Assembly: GCA_965202585.1 (NCBI GenBank)
Contig: OZ241828.1
Span: forward strand, 40,982,001 to 41,046,000
Length of the DNA stretch: 64,000 nucleotides
Direction: 5' to 3'
Origin: Thalia democratica
Taxonomy: Eukaryota
A program made the translations under genes and the position numbers. Shown piece by piece: positions 12,220 through 26,042 of this stretch. Under the pieces are notes generated by a model. That model was not told where the DNA came from. It saw only the letters and a program-made list of their open reading frames with translations, and did not search any database. The stretch's first letter is position 1. Each line of letters begins with the position of its first letter.

Positions 12220-12922
12220 TAAGTTATTTTTTTTTCCACAGCATGTTACAATGGTCAGTATATAATATCGAGTTCTGGCGTATCATAGCAGGCCATGACT
12301 TTTTTTTTAGGTTTTAGTTATACGTTTATATAATTTGTTACCTCAGTTTGTTTAAACACGTTTGTTTGATCTCAATAAAATTAAAACTTAAAGTTTTTAA
12401 TTTTAAACTTAGTTTAAATTTCTTTGATAGTTTAATATTTTTAGATGACCGTCTTAGTTTTTTGTTTTGACTAAAACTATTAATAATTTTAAGAATTATA
12501 CTTGGAGTATTTGAGAAGATTTATATCAAATGTTTTTTCAGCATCTAAGTCGACACTTCACTCCAGTGTTGTTTCACTACAATCACAATAAAGCAATAAT
12601 TTAAAGCTACAAAAAATACATATTTCTAATATACATTTTAAGAAAAAAATAAGAATTTATTTAACGTATTTGCAACTTTTGTAACTTATTTTTATTAATT
12701 ATACAAATATTTCCCACTTAATTTAGTTCGTTGCTCACGATACTTTACCTTCTTGAAATGTAGCATGAACAAATGTCGAATTATGTATTTAAAACTTGTT
12801 ATTATATTTAGTAAAATTGATAAAAACATATAACCACTTCTATATTTTCGTATCAAATACAGTCTAGTGTACAGTTTATACAAACTTGTTTATACAGTTT
12901 ATCTAAGTTAATGACTTTAGCC

Positions 12923-13169
12923 CAGGGTTTGGAAAACTGCGGTCCGCAAGGTACTTTTAAGCCTAACAATAAAAATGAAAGATTTTGAGGTAGAAATTAA
13001 GCTTTTATATCTAAATAATTAACTATTCTTCACTGGTGCTATATAGATGCTTACTGTATCACGTGTATGGTGAAGATGCTAGTTTTATATTTATTACTAC
13101 AACATTTTAAAAATAATTTCGGCCTACGAGCGACTTTTTTTTTGGCTCATAAAAGGATGCCGACCCTTG
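12923..13169. mobile_element. hAT (Charlie/MER5-like) MITE in HSP70 intron 2 (copy at 56907-57132)
   Basis: Ends CAGGGTTTGGAAAACTGCGGTCCGC and AAAAGGATGCCGACCCTTG; 8-bp TSD CTTTAGCC/CTCTAGCC. Confidence 0.75.
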
Positions 13170-14413
13170 CTCTAGCCTCTGTTAATTTCTTATAAAACGT
13201 TATTTCTTTCTTTTACTTTAGAGCGATGAAAGTTGCTAAAAAAACTGAGTTAGCCTATATAAAAACTATTTTCTGCTGAAGTTTCATTGAGCCCCTCTCA
13301 TCAAAGGTTTGCTCATTACATTTTAGTATTACTAACTAATAATAAACTTTGATTTTCAGTTTGATTATTTTATTTAAATTCTATATTAAACAAGTAAACT
13401 ACTCAGATTTTCAAGAGAAACCTGTCTCACTAAAAAATGAGTATTTTTAAGTCGGACAGTGGATAAAGCTCGCCTTTTAAAGTAAACTTTATCTATTTAA
13501 ATTTTTATTATTAGTATTATATGTTTAAAAGTATAACTCAAAATACAGCCAAAAAGTAATTTTTAAGACAATTATTTTCTTAATCAAATTTTACATACCG
13601 TCTTGTTTTTTCATCTATAATGTAAAAAATATAGACTCACCTAGGTATAAACTAAAAAACGACTCAAGCTTAAAAGTTCTAATTTCACATTGAATTCCAG
13701 GCGAGGATTTCGACAACCGCATGGTGGACTTCTTCATGAACGAGTTCAAAAGAAAGCACAACGCTGACATGAGCGCGAACAAGCGCGCGGTGAGAAGGCT
13801 GCGCACCGCGTGCGAGAGGGCGAAAAGGACAATTTCGTCGTCCACCCAGGCCAGCATTGAAATCGATTCGCTGCACGACGGAATCGACTTCTACACCAGC
13901 ATCACGCGAGCCCGCTTCGAAGAGCTGTGCAACGATCTTTTCAAAGCCACGTTGGCGTCAGTTGAAAAAGCGCTTGTCGATGCTAAGCTGGACAAAAACA
14001 AAGTTTGAAATGTTCTTTCTTGGTGTGAATAAACTTGTCTGTTTAGAAATTGTCCAAGCATATAAGTAAAGTACAATTTTTTTACGACTTCTACAACTTC
14101 AGTTGCAAAAGTTTTTTTTTTCTAATATAGGTATGTAGTTAATTTTAGTTTTAATTATGATACTTTAAGACTAATATATATAACTTAAAAGTTGGTTTAA
14201 TTTGTTGTACAGTTGTTTTCTAAAAAATCTATTAAGTCAGTCGAAATGTAAAATCCATAGCTTGTTGTTTCATAAATTTAAATATAATTTTAAACACAGT
14301 TCAACACTACTTTATATTATTAAATTAAGTATTTTAAAATAGTTTTAATTAAAGTAAAGTGAGTATAATTCGTGCAAGAATGATAAGTATAGTAAGGTGG
14401 TTTTAGTTTGTAA

Positions 14414-14913
14414 CAGGGACGTAGCTAGCTCGAAAAATTTACGAATCTGCAAAATACAAAAAACAACAGGCACGACGCATGATGGCGTAATACGAAGTAC
14501 AGGGCACTTTGTGCTACCTCTAATGTTACTGTTATTTATCGAGTTGCTCCTGGTTTTATTCATTTGTTTTAATATTCTCGTGTTGTAGTGAATTTTTAAT
14601 TCATATTCTTTCACATTTAAAAAATCTGTAGCTTATTTTTTTTTAAATTGTATTGCTTTATGATAAAGAGAATCTGAGCTGAGTTAAATATATATAATTT
14701 TAAGCTATTTAATTTGCTTAAATTTTTAGACACTACAAGTGATATAGAGTGTTTATATTTCAATATTATCTATCAGAAGGGCAAAACTAAATATTAAAAA
14801 GCTAAGAAAGCAGGGTTTTTTAAGCTAAAGAATTGATACAAAATCTTGTTTTTTTTTTGCAAAATTATATAGGTTTCTGCAGGTTTGCAGAAACGTACCA
14901 AGCTACGTGCCTG
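14414..14913. mobile_element. 500-bp hAT-type MITE in HSP70 intron 3 (copies at 31353-31856 and 58381-58885)
   Basis: TIR CAGGGACGTAGCT and AGCTACGTGCCTG; perfect 8-bp TSD GTTTGTAA; subterminal 9-bp hairpin GTTTCTGCA-GGTT-TGCAGAAAC. Confidence 0.85.
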
Positions 14914-15031
14914 GTTTGTAATGAACCGTTAACTTAGAAGTTGTCTTAGCAAACAAACTTTCTTCAATTTGATTTGTAATTTTCTAAAATTTAGCTAAAT
15001 GTTTTAAATATTGCCTAAAGTAATTGCTTAA

Positions 15032-15403
<372 letters not shown>

Positions 15404-18400
15404 TAATATTTTGTATTTTTTTGCTTTTTTTTTTACTGGAGGTATAAAGAAGTCCTTAGTAAAAGCTCAATACAATTTGATTTTTAGTTTTAAAAAGTTG
15501 CATGGCAAAACATAAACAAAAGTATCAGCTGGTTTTTCAACAGGTGTTCGAAGGAGAAAGAACGTTGACCAAAGACAACAATCTGCTGGGAAAGTTCGAG
15601 TTATCTGGAATTACACCGGCTCCCAGGGGTGTGCCGCAAATCGAAGTTACATTTGACGTGGATGTCAATGCAATTTTAAATGTTTCTGCAGTTGACCGAA
15701 GCACCGGAAAGAAAAACAACATCAAAATAACCAATGACAAAGGTTGTAAATACTTTATTAGCTTCAGGAAGATATTTCTATTTGTATGAAATTTGATATT
15801 ATTTTTATTTGTTTCTAGCCTTTTTCAATACGTTTTATAGAAACTACATTTATATTGTGTTAAAATGTTACTCATCATAAATATTATAAGTAAAAAACTA
15901 TAAGAATAGAAGTTTGTTTGTTTAGTTTATGTTTTAAAGATTATGATTTTTATTGTTAATTTTAGAGTATAAAGAGGTATTTTACATGTTGATCTCATTT
16001 TCAAGATCTTTGACTTATTTAACAATTAGTTTTTAGCACTTTTTTTAATTTAAACTAGTTTTTGAGATAAAAGACTAAAAATTCGAAAAATTAAATGGAT
16101 TCCCTAAGGAAACTTTAAGTAGACTATTCCATTGCAAATATATCTTCTACAGTTTTCTTTCAATCCTACAAGAATGTAAAGTAAACTTATCAAAAAATAT
16201 GATATTTATAGTTTATTGAACGACAAAAAAAGACGCTCAAAAGATTTGGTCCTAGGACCTGGTGTACGAAGAGCCTTTCGGTTATCGATTTCCACACCAC
16301 GGATACCTTTTAACGTCTTGTCCAGGAAAAATTATAGTGAACATATTTTGTTCTAATCACAAAAGACTTCGTGTAATTAATACGTAAAGGATACAAATAA
16401 ACAACTTATCAGTTGTTTTAATACCTCTTTAAAACATTTGAAGATATTTTTTTTAGGTCGCTTAACAAAAGAGGAAATAGATAGAATGGTTAAAGATGCG
16501 GAAAGATACAAACAACAGGACGAACAGTTGAGAGACAGCATGCTTGCAAGGACCAATTAAGAATCTTACGTGTTCAGTTTGAAACAGATTTGTGAAGATG
16601 ATGTGTTGAAAGATAAGCTTTCAGAAGCTGAACAAAACTTGCTCATTCAAAAAGTTTATATTTTAATAATTTTCCGACATATATATGTACATTGTTAAAC
16701 TGTAAGAAGTATCTTTTTAAAGGTAAAATAAATTGTTAGGCACATTCAATAAAAGTGTATTGAATTTGTATTGTAGAGTTACTTTTTTCTTTGAGAATTT
16801 ACTTAAAGGTAGACACAACTTTTACACTTATCTTAACTTGAATTAGTTTTCTTGTTATATATAAATCTCTACAGTCTAATGAAGCAGAAAGTTGGTTGTC
16901 ATCAAATACTGAAGCAAAGAAAAGTGAACTGTTATTGAAATTCAAAGAGCTTGAACAAATTGCATATCCATAATGACTAGATTACATCAGAAAGGAGCCA
17001 CCGGTTTGATTATTTCATTTTAATTTTAAAAGTTTTATCATCAATATTGTTTTATCAATACAAATAACTTAGAATAATGATAATATAGCTTAGTTATTAT
17101 TATCGTATATTAGCATACTACTTTTCTGCTGAAATATAGCAAATATACAAACATGTTTACTAACTATCTATTGGTTGCACTTACTTTGATTTATATACCG
17201 ACAACTAAAATTTCGGCAATTTGAATGCTGAGTTATTTAGAATTATCTCTATTAAGTATATTTTCATCATTGTTAGTTACTGTCAAATTCTTTTATAATT
17301 GAACGTTTTATTACGAATTTTATTTTATTATTGAGTTTCAAAAGAATCTTTGATATATAGGTAAATAAGTTTTCAACCTTACTAGAAAATGGCTATTTTA
17401 AACAAATATGAGTAATCTTTTATAAAAATTATTAAAAATTGTTTTGCCTTCATTATCTTTATTAATTGCATTTAAATGGTATATTTTAATTTTTGAAATT
17501 TCATATGGCCTTTTCAAAAGTCTTTTTGTTATTTAGCCCTCCCCCGCTCTAAAATATTACTTTGTTTTACCAAAAGTTTTTCCACATTCTCTTAGTCTGT
17601 ATTTAAAGTTAATATAAAGCATAAAGTTCAGATTTTAAGGTGCTTTATTTGTTTACAGTAGTAAACGTACTTTGAGAAAATACGGAGCTGGTTTTATGAT
17701 CAGTACTAGTTTTATATAAACTTAGCTTTTTTTTTAATCTTCATGTACTCAATTATGTTTTTTATTACAAGTTTCTATGTTTCATTTAGAACTTTTTGTT
17801 TAAGCTTTTCAAATCATTTTTATTTCATTATCATTATGTATTTAGAGCTTTTAGGCCAGTTTGAGGTTTCTTTAAAAAAATAACAGTAAATTAGACTTTG
17901 TCTTGTTTTTAAAGTACTCTTGCTCGATTAATGTAAGTTATTTGAACTGGAAAAAGTTATCTTGGTTGTAGATCAAGTATTTTTTTATAGAATCCTAATT
18001 AGTTTTATCAAGTAATTGGAGGCATAAGAGAATAATTTCTACTTGCTACTATATTTTTCCTATAACCATTTAAAATAGATGAGTATTTGAAAAACAAGGT
18101 TTGTTTGGCAATTAAATACGCCCCTGTATGAACTCCAACGATAACATTTAGAAATTTGACAAACTTTTATGCCGAGCAAGTGTTTAGCCTTTTGTCTAGT
18201 TTTAAAGCTGATTAATATTAGTTTTTTATGATTTTAATTTAAACGCATTTCGATTTATCAAAATACTAAAAAACTTGTACTTAACTAAATAATAATAACA
18301 AACTCATGAATTGTTTCCTTTTAACTTATCTTATTAAGGCTGTGTAGTAGAAACAGGCATTGATGGTTTTTTTGGATTAGCTCATGCACTTTTAGTAACT

Positions 18401-18513
18401 AAAAAACTAAATCAATGACATGGAGTTTGTTTTGACAATTCGAAAAAGCTTATTTACTTATAATGAGTATACTAATACTTAATGTACTTGCAAAAACTAG
18501 ATGTGTTTTCTCG

Positions 18514-18978
18514 GGGTACGGGTCTAAATTGCACGAAGACAAAATTGCACGAGAACAAAATTGCACGAGAACAAAATTGCACGAGAACAAAATTGCACGA
18601 AGCCAAATTTGCACGAGGGAACGAAATTGCACTAAGACGATTTTGCACCAAGGGTCAATTTTGCACGAGTTACATTTTTGCACGAGAGTAAAAAGTTACA
18701 AAAAAAAATTAAAACAGAAAAAAGAATAAAAAATTTAATAAAAAAAAAGAGTAAAAAGTTAGTGACCGAGGGTAAGGGTTAGGGGTAACAGTGATAGTAA
18801 AAAAAAATATTAAAAATAATAATAGTAAATAAATAAAATTTAACCTGTGCAAAATTGTCTGCTTGTGCAAGACTGTCTTCGTGCAATTTTATCCCCTCTG
18901 CAAAAGTATCTTCGTGCACTCGTGCAATTTTGTCCTCTCGTGGAATTTTGTACGTTCGTGCAATTTAGACAGCTACCC
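18514..18978. mobile_element. Small Foldback-like MITE in the last HSP70 intron (copies at 35452-35932 and 62244-62688)
   Basis: TIR GGGTA...GTCTAAATTGCACGAA, subterminal AAATTGCACG repeats, flanked by GTTTTCTCG/GTTTTCTCA (9-bp TSD, 8/9 match). Confidence 0.85.
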
Positions 18979-20230
18979 GTTTTCTCAAGCTAAATTCGTT
19001 TCTGATATTTGATTATTTTGACTTCTTTTTAGTAACAAAAAGTTATATTTTGTAGGTGATACAGCTTCTCCTGTCGGAGGACCGACCATTGAGGAAATGG
19101 ATTGATTCTTCAGAAAGAGTTAATTTTTAATACGTATTGAATTTTTTATATAAAATGTCCTGTTTAAAATAAACATTTATAAAAGACGGACAGTTAATTC
19201 AATATTTTACATGTGCAAAGATTTTACCTCAAACAATCAACATGCAAAATGATTAGTCTGTTAAGTTGTATTAGTATTTTTTGTAATAATAGCTCTATTA
19301 TAATATAATAAAATCACATTATCATTTAATCTTACTTTACATGTTAGTAGCTAATGTATATAATTGATAAGTGCTAACTGTAAACATTTTTACAACTTCT
19401 AAGAATTTAAGTAGTTATGGTTTTTAGTTTTAATAACATAAGTTAATAATACGTTTTTTATAAAACGTAGTTCTTCGCTTTTATACTGACTTAACTTTAA
19501 AATTAATTTCTAATTTAATGAAATTAGTTTAATTTTATTGAACAAAGTCACGATTATCAACGGAGAAAAGCTTCAAACTACATGTACTTTTATATATTGT
19601 ATACGTAAAAACTATTGCCTTGGAATCCAAGTTCTTTTGTATGTATATATATATTCCTATATTCTACCCTATCGCTAGTTGTCAATATTTATGTAAGAAC
19701 TAACAAACTACAAAGAGATTTTACCAAGTAAATTTTGTGTTTATTAAAGCATTCAAGTAAATTTGCCTAAATAAATTCAAACCCAATTGACTTAGGTTTT
19801 AAGGACTTAAGTTTTCTATGGGACCTAACAATAACCTAATAAATTGTTTTTATTGGGTCTTTTATTAATGTAATCTTTATTTTGATATAGTATTGTAAAG
19901 ATTCCCATTAATCAGTTTGCAAGTTTCTACCAAATTTTGGTCTATTGTAGTTGTCTTTATATTCAACTAAACTTCATTAATAATTTTTTTTAAATTTTTG
20001 TTGTCCACCTATAATTTTTTATAGCTCTATTACTCATATATTAAAGCTCTGTTATAAAACATATTTATCAAAGGCATTTAAATAGAAAATTAGTCGTTGT
20101 AGCATTTTTTATTTATTAATTTCATCTAGCTTACTACTTTCGTTTACTCTCTATGGTTGCTTTTTAAGAAAGAAATAATGTACAAAAGTTTTGATACTCA
20201 ACATTGTGCATCAACAAACTTAAGGGGCTA

Positions 20231-21683
20231 TGTAGCATAGTTGAACTGTAGCTCATTTTATTAATAATAAATGTTCATATTACACATAAGTGTTTATACT
20301 TATATCGTTTCAGATTTTTCATTGTAAATAAAGTATTTAAACCTAAGGAGTTTTTCATCGTGAAAAACCGTTTAAGCTTATAATGGTTATAATAAAGTAC
20401 CTAATTCATTGATGTAACTACAAGACGCTAAATTACCCATGTGGTATATTTTGCAGACTTCTTGACCTGCACAAAGTAGAATATGAGAAGAATTCTGGGT
20501 CATCAAAAGCTTTTATAATGCCAAATTTACCTCAGCTATTTAGGCCAAGAGTTGATCAGGGGATCAGCCAAGAAACATGGCTCGCCTTCATTCGCAGGTG
20601 GGAGGCATTCAAAACTGGTTCGAACATAAGCAGCCAAAATGCAAACTTACAGCTTTTTCAATGCGCACATGACAAACTTGGCAATCTTATGTTCGCAAAT
20701 GATCCTAGGCTGATGGCTTAGTCAAAAGAATATGTGGCTAAACTGATGGTAGCAGTCATAAAAGTTGCAATTGGGGTCAAAAGGGCAGGACTTATGAACT
20801 TGCATCAAGAGCGCGATGAACCATTTAAGACATTTGCAACCCGTGTTCGCAGCAAAGCAGAAACTTGTAATTTTAAAACAGTCAGTAAGTATAAATGTGG
20901 ATAGAAAAATGTGACAAGTTATAAGGAAGAAGTAATAAAAGACGTGATGCTTGAAGGTATAGGTGACGATTACATTAGAAGAGAAGTTTTCAGCACTGAA
21001 GATACCCTGTCTAGGTCATCGTACCATATAATTTCTTTTATTGAAAGCATGCAATAAAGAACTCACGTACAGTGTCAGCGATATCTTCCTTCAAACGTCA
21101 GAAAAAGAAAAAACATCAATGTAGGAGATAAGTCTCATTACGTCCCTTGCCAGCGCTGTAAAAAGTTGTTCTATCCATTCAAAGAAAAAGCAACTAGAAA
21201 TGTAAAACCTTTTAAATTTTGCTTATCTTGTTGGCGCAACCAGTCAAAAAAGGTTACTGCTGTTCAAACTCATGATAGTAGTGCTATTTCTTGTCAAAGA
21301 AGGTTATAGTTCCTGCTTTATGCAACAGGATACCCAGATAATGTTATTACACGCTAATAAGGGAATTATGTTGAAAAATATTATATTTTACAGGAAAAAA
21401 TTGCGTTAAGTCAAGGCCTTAAACCATCCACGTGCATCAATTAAAGTTACTAAATAGAGCACAAACAAGTTTATTAATGTTAATGCTTTAGCTGATACTG
21501 GTGCACAGTCGAGTTTTTGGGGATGGAAAGACTTTAAAGATGCTGATTTTGGTAAGAATGATTTACTTCCTGTATCAATCACTTCATGATGCTAATAAAA
21601 TTCTTGTAAATATTTTAGGCGCTTTTAAAGCTACTTTAAGTGTAACGTGTCTAAAGAATAAGGAAATCAGCTGCAATAGTGTT
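20231..21683 (+). mobile_element. Ty3/gypsy LTR-retrotransposon remnant: putative LTR (20231-20422), gag-like region, Cys motif, aspartic protease
   Basis: RPRVDQGISQETWLAFIRRWEAF gag-like ORF; CQRC...CLSC; NALADTGAQSSFWG retropepsin motif at ~21483-21525. Putative LTR is TGTAG...CTACA with AATAAA (lower confidence). Many stops. Confidence 0.75.
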
Positions 21684-23537
21684 TAGTGATCTACCGGATC
21701 CAAGATCCGGATCTACCCAGAAACAGCCAATTTTTGCCAGGATCTGGAACCGGCCGAATCCTAATTTAAAAAAAAAGTTTGGAATCGGATCCTAGTTGAG
21801 ATTTGGCCGGTTCCGGATCAAGTCAGTTTGAAATACTTTGTTTTCCGCGATCAGTTTTATTGCTTATACTATTGTGTTTGGAATAATTATTATATATAAA
21901 ATTAGTCAAGCAAAGCAGATTAATTAAGTAATTCAATTATTTGTTGTAAACATACAGGTACATACATCCATTAGAGTAAAAATAGTGAATTAGTTGAGTA
22001 GTTAATTAATGAAAAGTTAGTTTAAAGTTTCTTGCAGATTTAATTCTTCTATTATTGAGTTCTATTTATAAACTTAAAATATTTTCTTTTGTTAATATAA
22101 AACATGTATTTAAATTTTGATGTGTTTCAATTTGTTAAAAGTCTTAACATTTTTAGTTTAACTATTTTATTCTCATTTGATTATATTAAATAATGTAAAA
22201 ACTCTACATGTACAGCTCATTTAGTATTTGGTTACTGAAACTTTAAGAAGCAGCAATAGTTCAACAAAATTTTCTGCGAGACAATTTATTTAACATGAAG
22301 GCTGGTATGTTGTTCTTAGAATCATCTTCAGCACTTTGTTTCATTCATACGCTTCAACTGATAATTAAAGATTCACTCGTTTCAGAAAATAACATAAGTG
22401 TGTTAATAGCGAAGGCCCGTCAAACTGTTGGCCACTTTAATAATTCTTCTACAGCGAGCGAGAAACTAAAAAAACCCAGGTCACTTTTGGTTCATCAGTG
22501 TCAATGCAAAAAACCTTGCTACTTGTGCAAGATTTTGAAACAAGGTGGAACTCAACCTACCTTTTATTCTGAAAATACTAGAAAAATTAAAAACAAGTTT
22601 CCAGAGAACTACGTGGCTAACAACAAATTTAACCCGAAAATTTTTTTTTCACCTGATGAATGGAAACTAACTTAGTAGCCTCCTTAATGAGCTGCTCGAA
22701 CCATTTTACTTAGTAACGCAGCAGTGTAGTAAAAACAACGCATTGCTGTCAAGTGTAATCCCGCATGTAGCAATACTAAAAAAATGTTTTGTTCATAAAG
22801 TTTATAGTCCACCAGGTCAATGTAGTTCTTCAACCTTAGCAGAAAATATAAAAGAGGCTTTTGAAAGAAGGTTTTAAACTACTAATAACAGCACACGAAT
22901 AAACCTTCATCATAACAACTTGTTTTTACTCACAACAGCTGTTTATCCACGGTATCGACTTAAATTTTTCCATACTAATCTCAAACAGAAGGTTGTTAAG
23001 GCTACTGAAATCAGAAGTAAAAAATCATAGTTGTTGTGAGACTGGTCAAAGTGGTCAAGTTCCTCTAGTAAGGCCTAATAAACCTAAAGCTAAAATACCT
23101 AAAAATTATATTCCCAAAAACTTTTTGTCGTTCTATTCTACATTTAAATCTAAAACAAGTGCAAACACTCAAGAAAGTGAGCAACAAGATTCAGTTGATC
23201 AAGAGATTGAGACAGAAATTAAGTTTTTTTTTGCTGAAAAAAAAATTAACTGCTAGAGAAGTTAAAGAAACTGAAGTCTTGTCTTGGTGGAACTCAAACA
23301 AGAAAGATACACACATCTTGCCAGGTTTGCGAAAAGGTATCTTTCGGCACTACCATCTTCTGTTTATTCTTAAAGGTTATTTTCAGAAGCTGGTAACTTG
23401 TACGAAAAAAAGCGAAATCAAATGCTTCAAAAAACTGGCGAAAAACATTTATATCTTCATAACAACATGAAAAGGCAAGAGTAGGTTTCTTTGTAGCTTA
23501 ATGGCGTTGATATGAGTAAATGTTATTTACTAGATTA
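21684..23537 (+). mobile_element. hAT element, left TIR plus transposase remnants, right end replaced by block J
   Basis: Left TIR at 21684; ORFs 22295, 22993 and 23159 are frameshifted transposase pieces including WWNSNKK. Confidence 0.88.
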
Positions 23538-26042
23538 GATAAGGTTTTGGAAATTTTGTATACATAATATTAAGCAAATGAGGTGAAGTATAAATACAGC
23601 AGTTAATTTATATTATCTGAACCTATCCCTAACCAATTTTACCCAAAAATTTTGATCTGTACCCTTTTCAAAACATATAACAAATAAATTAAATAATATA
23701 TATATTTAAAACTTAAAACAAAGCTATGTAAAATTTTAGCCAATCAGAAGCGTCGAGAATTTGCAACTGATAGGATGAGCGTCGCTCTGATTCTAAATTA
23801 GACATTTGTTACTAACTAAAAGAGATCGGTATTCCCAGACTTTCAGGGTTAGCGTTTCTGAACTCTTTAATCATCTTTTATAAAACGCCTCTTCTTTAAT
23901 CTTTCTCTGCATTATCAAACTGCTGGTTTGGAGAACAAGTGAAACTTGTTTAAAAATAATAAACTATTCCGCAGCTGACGTCCATATATCGTTCTAGCTG
24001 GTGACTTAATAATCTTTTTTTGAGTGTTTTTCAGATGAAGCATCTCACCTAAGAACATACCGATTTTGTAACTACAACAAAGTTTTTGTCTTATCTTTGA
24101 TCTATTGTCTCATGTTTGACTTAGTTTTTCGTCTTTGAACTAATGACTTAATTTTGGATTGAAGTGTTAACGTAGAATCAAAGACATAGTGATTGGGTTG
24201 AATAAGATAGCTCATAAATAAAATCGATAAAATGAGCTACATAACCCTACAGTTACAGTGTGTTGATGCTGAGCATCTAATTATATTTAAAATTTTAAAG
24301 TAAAAGCATAAATTATTAAGACAAAAAATATAGTTATGAAAGTTATTTGTATATACCTAAAACGTTTTACTTTTAAAGTAAACAACAAAGTTTGATTAAA
24401 GATTATAAAAATTAGATACAAAAATTTTTAAAGAATACAAAGCTTTGAATTTTTTTTAAAGTTGAAATTGAACAACACTGTTAAAAACCAGGTGTTAACT
24501 TTTGTAAAGTATTTAAATTATTTTACAAATAGTATATGTTATATTTTTCGCAGAGATAAATTAATGTAATGCCGTTTATTTTTATAGAAAACAAATTTTG
24601 ATGTACTTTTTTTTTTACCTAATGTTTTTCTTGAATACTATATACAAGCTTATACAATATTTAAGTAACACAACATTATGGTTTTATCAAAGAAAATAAA
24701 GTTTGCATTAGTTGTATGATTTTAATTTGCTATATAGTTGATGCACTTTAGTCAATTGGTTTGAGTCTCCAGAGAGATCTCAATTTTTAACCAATTTCAG
24801 CAGAAAGACCAACGAGCAGGCAGTTATAAAGTTTAAAAATATGTAATTTTATTTTTACTTAAAGTTAAGAAAGTAACATATTTTTAAACTTTACAAAAGG
24901 TGCATCCGACATAGCTAAAAGTTAGCTATGAAGCTTTCCATATAAAGAGTTGCAGCTAATGTTTATTAAAATTAATGTTTACAATCTAATTAAAATTTAA
25001 TTAATAAAAATTGGCTGCAACTTTTTGGAAACTTAGTTTCCTTTTCTATTTAATAAAATAAACATTTTATTAAACTAAATATAACGACTTAAAAAAACTT
25101 AAGAAATGTTAATAATTAAACGTCCTTGATGAAAAATCTAATTTTATAAAATTGTTAAAAAGCTAAATAAGTACTTTTTTAAGCCATATTAAAGGTAGTT
25201 GTCTAGTTTAATTCAAGAATATTAATAAAAAGTGGTATTTAAACTATTAACTATTTAAGTTTCAAAACATAAGTTAACACAGCAAGAAAAAAAGAACTCT
25301 AGACAAAGAAAACGAACTTTAAATAAAATCTCAAGAACAACATTTCAATTTAATTATTAAAATAAAAATTTGTTGCTTGTTTACAGAAAAAAAAAATTAT
25401 AGAATTGTGTTACAAATAATAAACATTTATTTTGTTATATTATAATAACAGATTATTTCAAAACTGACATTATCTTTAAAATAAAAAAGCAAAAAATAGT
25501 TTGTTAAATGTTAGATAGTAAATAAGAATCAAAGTCTATAATATGATTAACAAAAATTAAATTGATTCTGAAAGTTAAAAAATAATAGTATAAGTCAAAC
25601 AAAATCACTAAAACAATAATTAAAATAAATAATTTTTGAATAAACTTAACTAACATTTTAAAACTAATAACTTAAGCAAACAATCTATACATGTAAGAAA
25701 AATTACATACTAGAGCTATTAGATATATGCAGGATACAAAAAATATGTTCTAAGTTATCAAAAGGAAACAAATTGAAAGCAGATCCATGAGTATAAGTTA
25801 TATTTTAAGCTAGCTAGAAGTCTTTTGTTTTTTAAAATTACAACTTAAAAAAAAACTATTTTAGTACAAACACATGAAAAAAACGTTGTGTTATTGATTA
25901 AAATACATCAAAGTGAGAAAAACGTACTGAAAAAATTATTTAAAACTTTTAATACGTATAGTGCTAAAATTAAGTACTACTGAAGAGAGTTAAATAAAAT
26001 AACAGTGATGTAAACTAACTTGGAGCTTTTTACGATAAACAC

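Noticed and set aside
15502-15543. In-frame intronic ATG that could start a substrate-binding-domain-only protein
   Set aside because: It is in frame in copies 1 and 2 but out of frame in the otherwise intact copy 3.
18450-18729. ORFs with REQNCT and LHENKI repeats
   Set aside because: Translation of the MITE subterminal repeats.
18768-18788. TTAGGG-like sequence as an interstitial telomere
   Set aside because: Only one exact unit, and it is internal to a MITE.
24068-24078. TGTAACTACAA match to the putative LTR end, suggesting a 3' LTR in block J
   Set aside because: Only 11 bp match, with no further LTR similarity.
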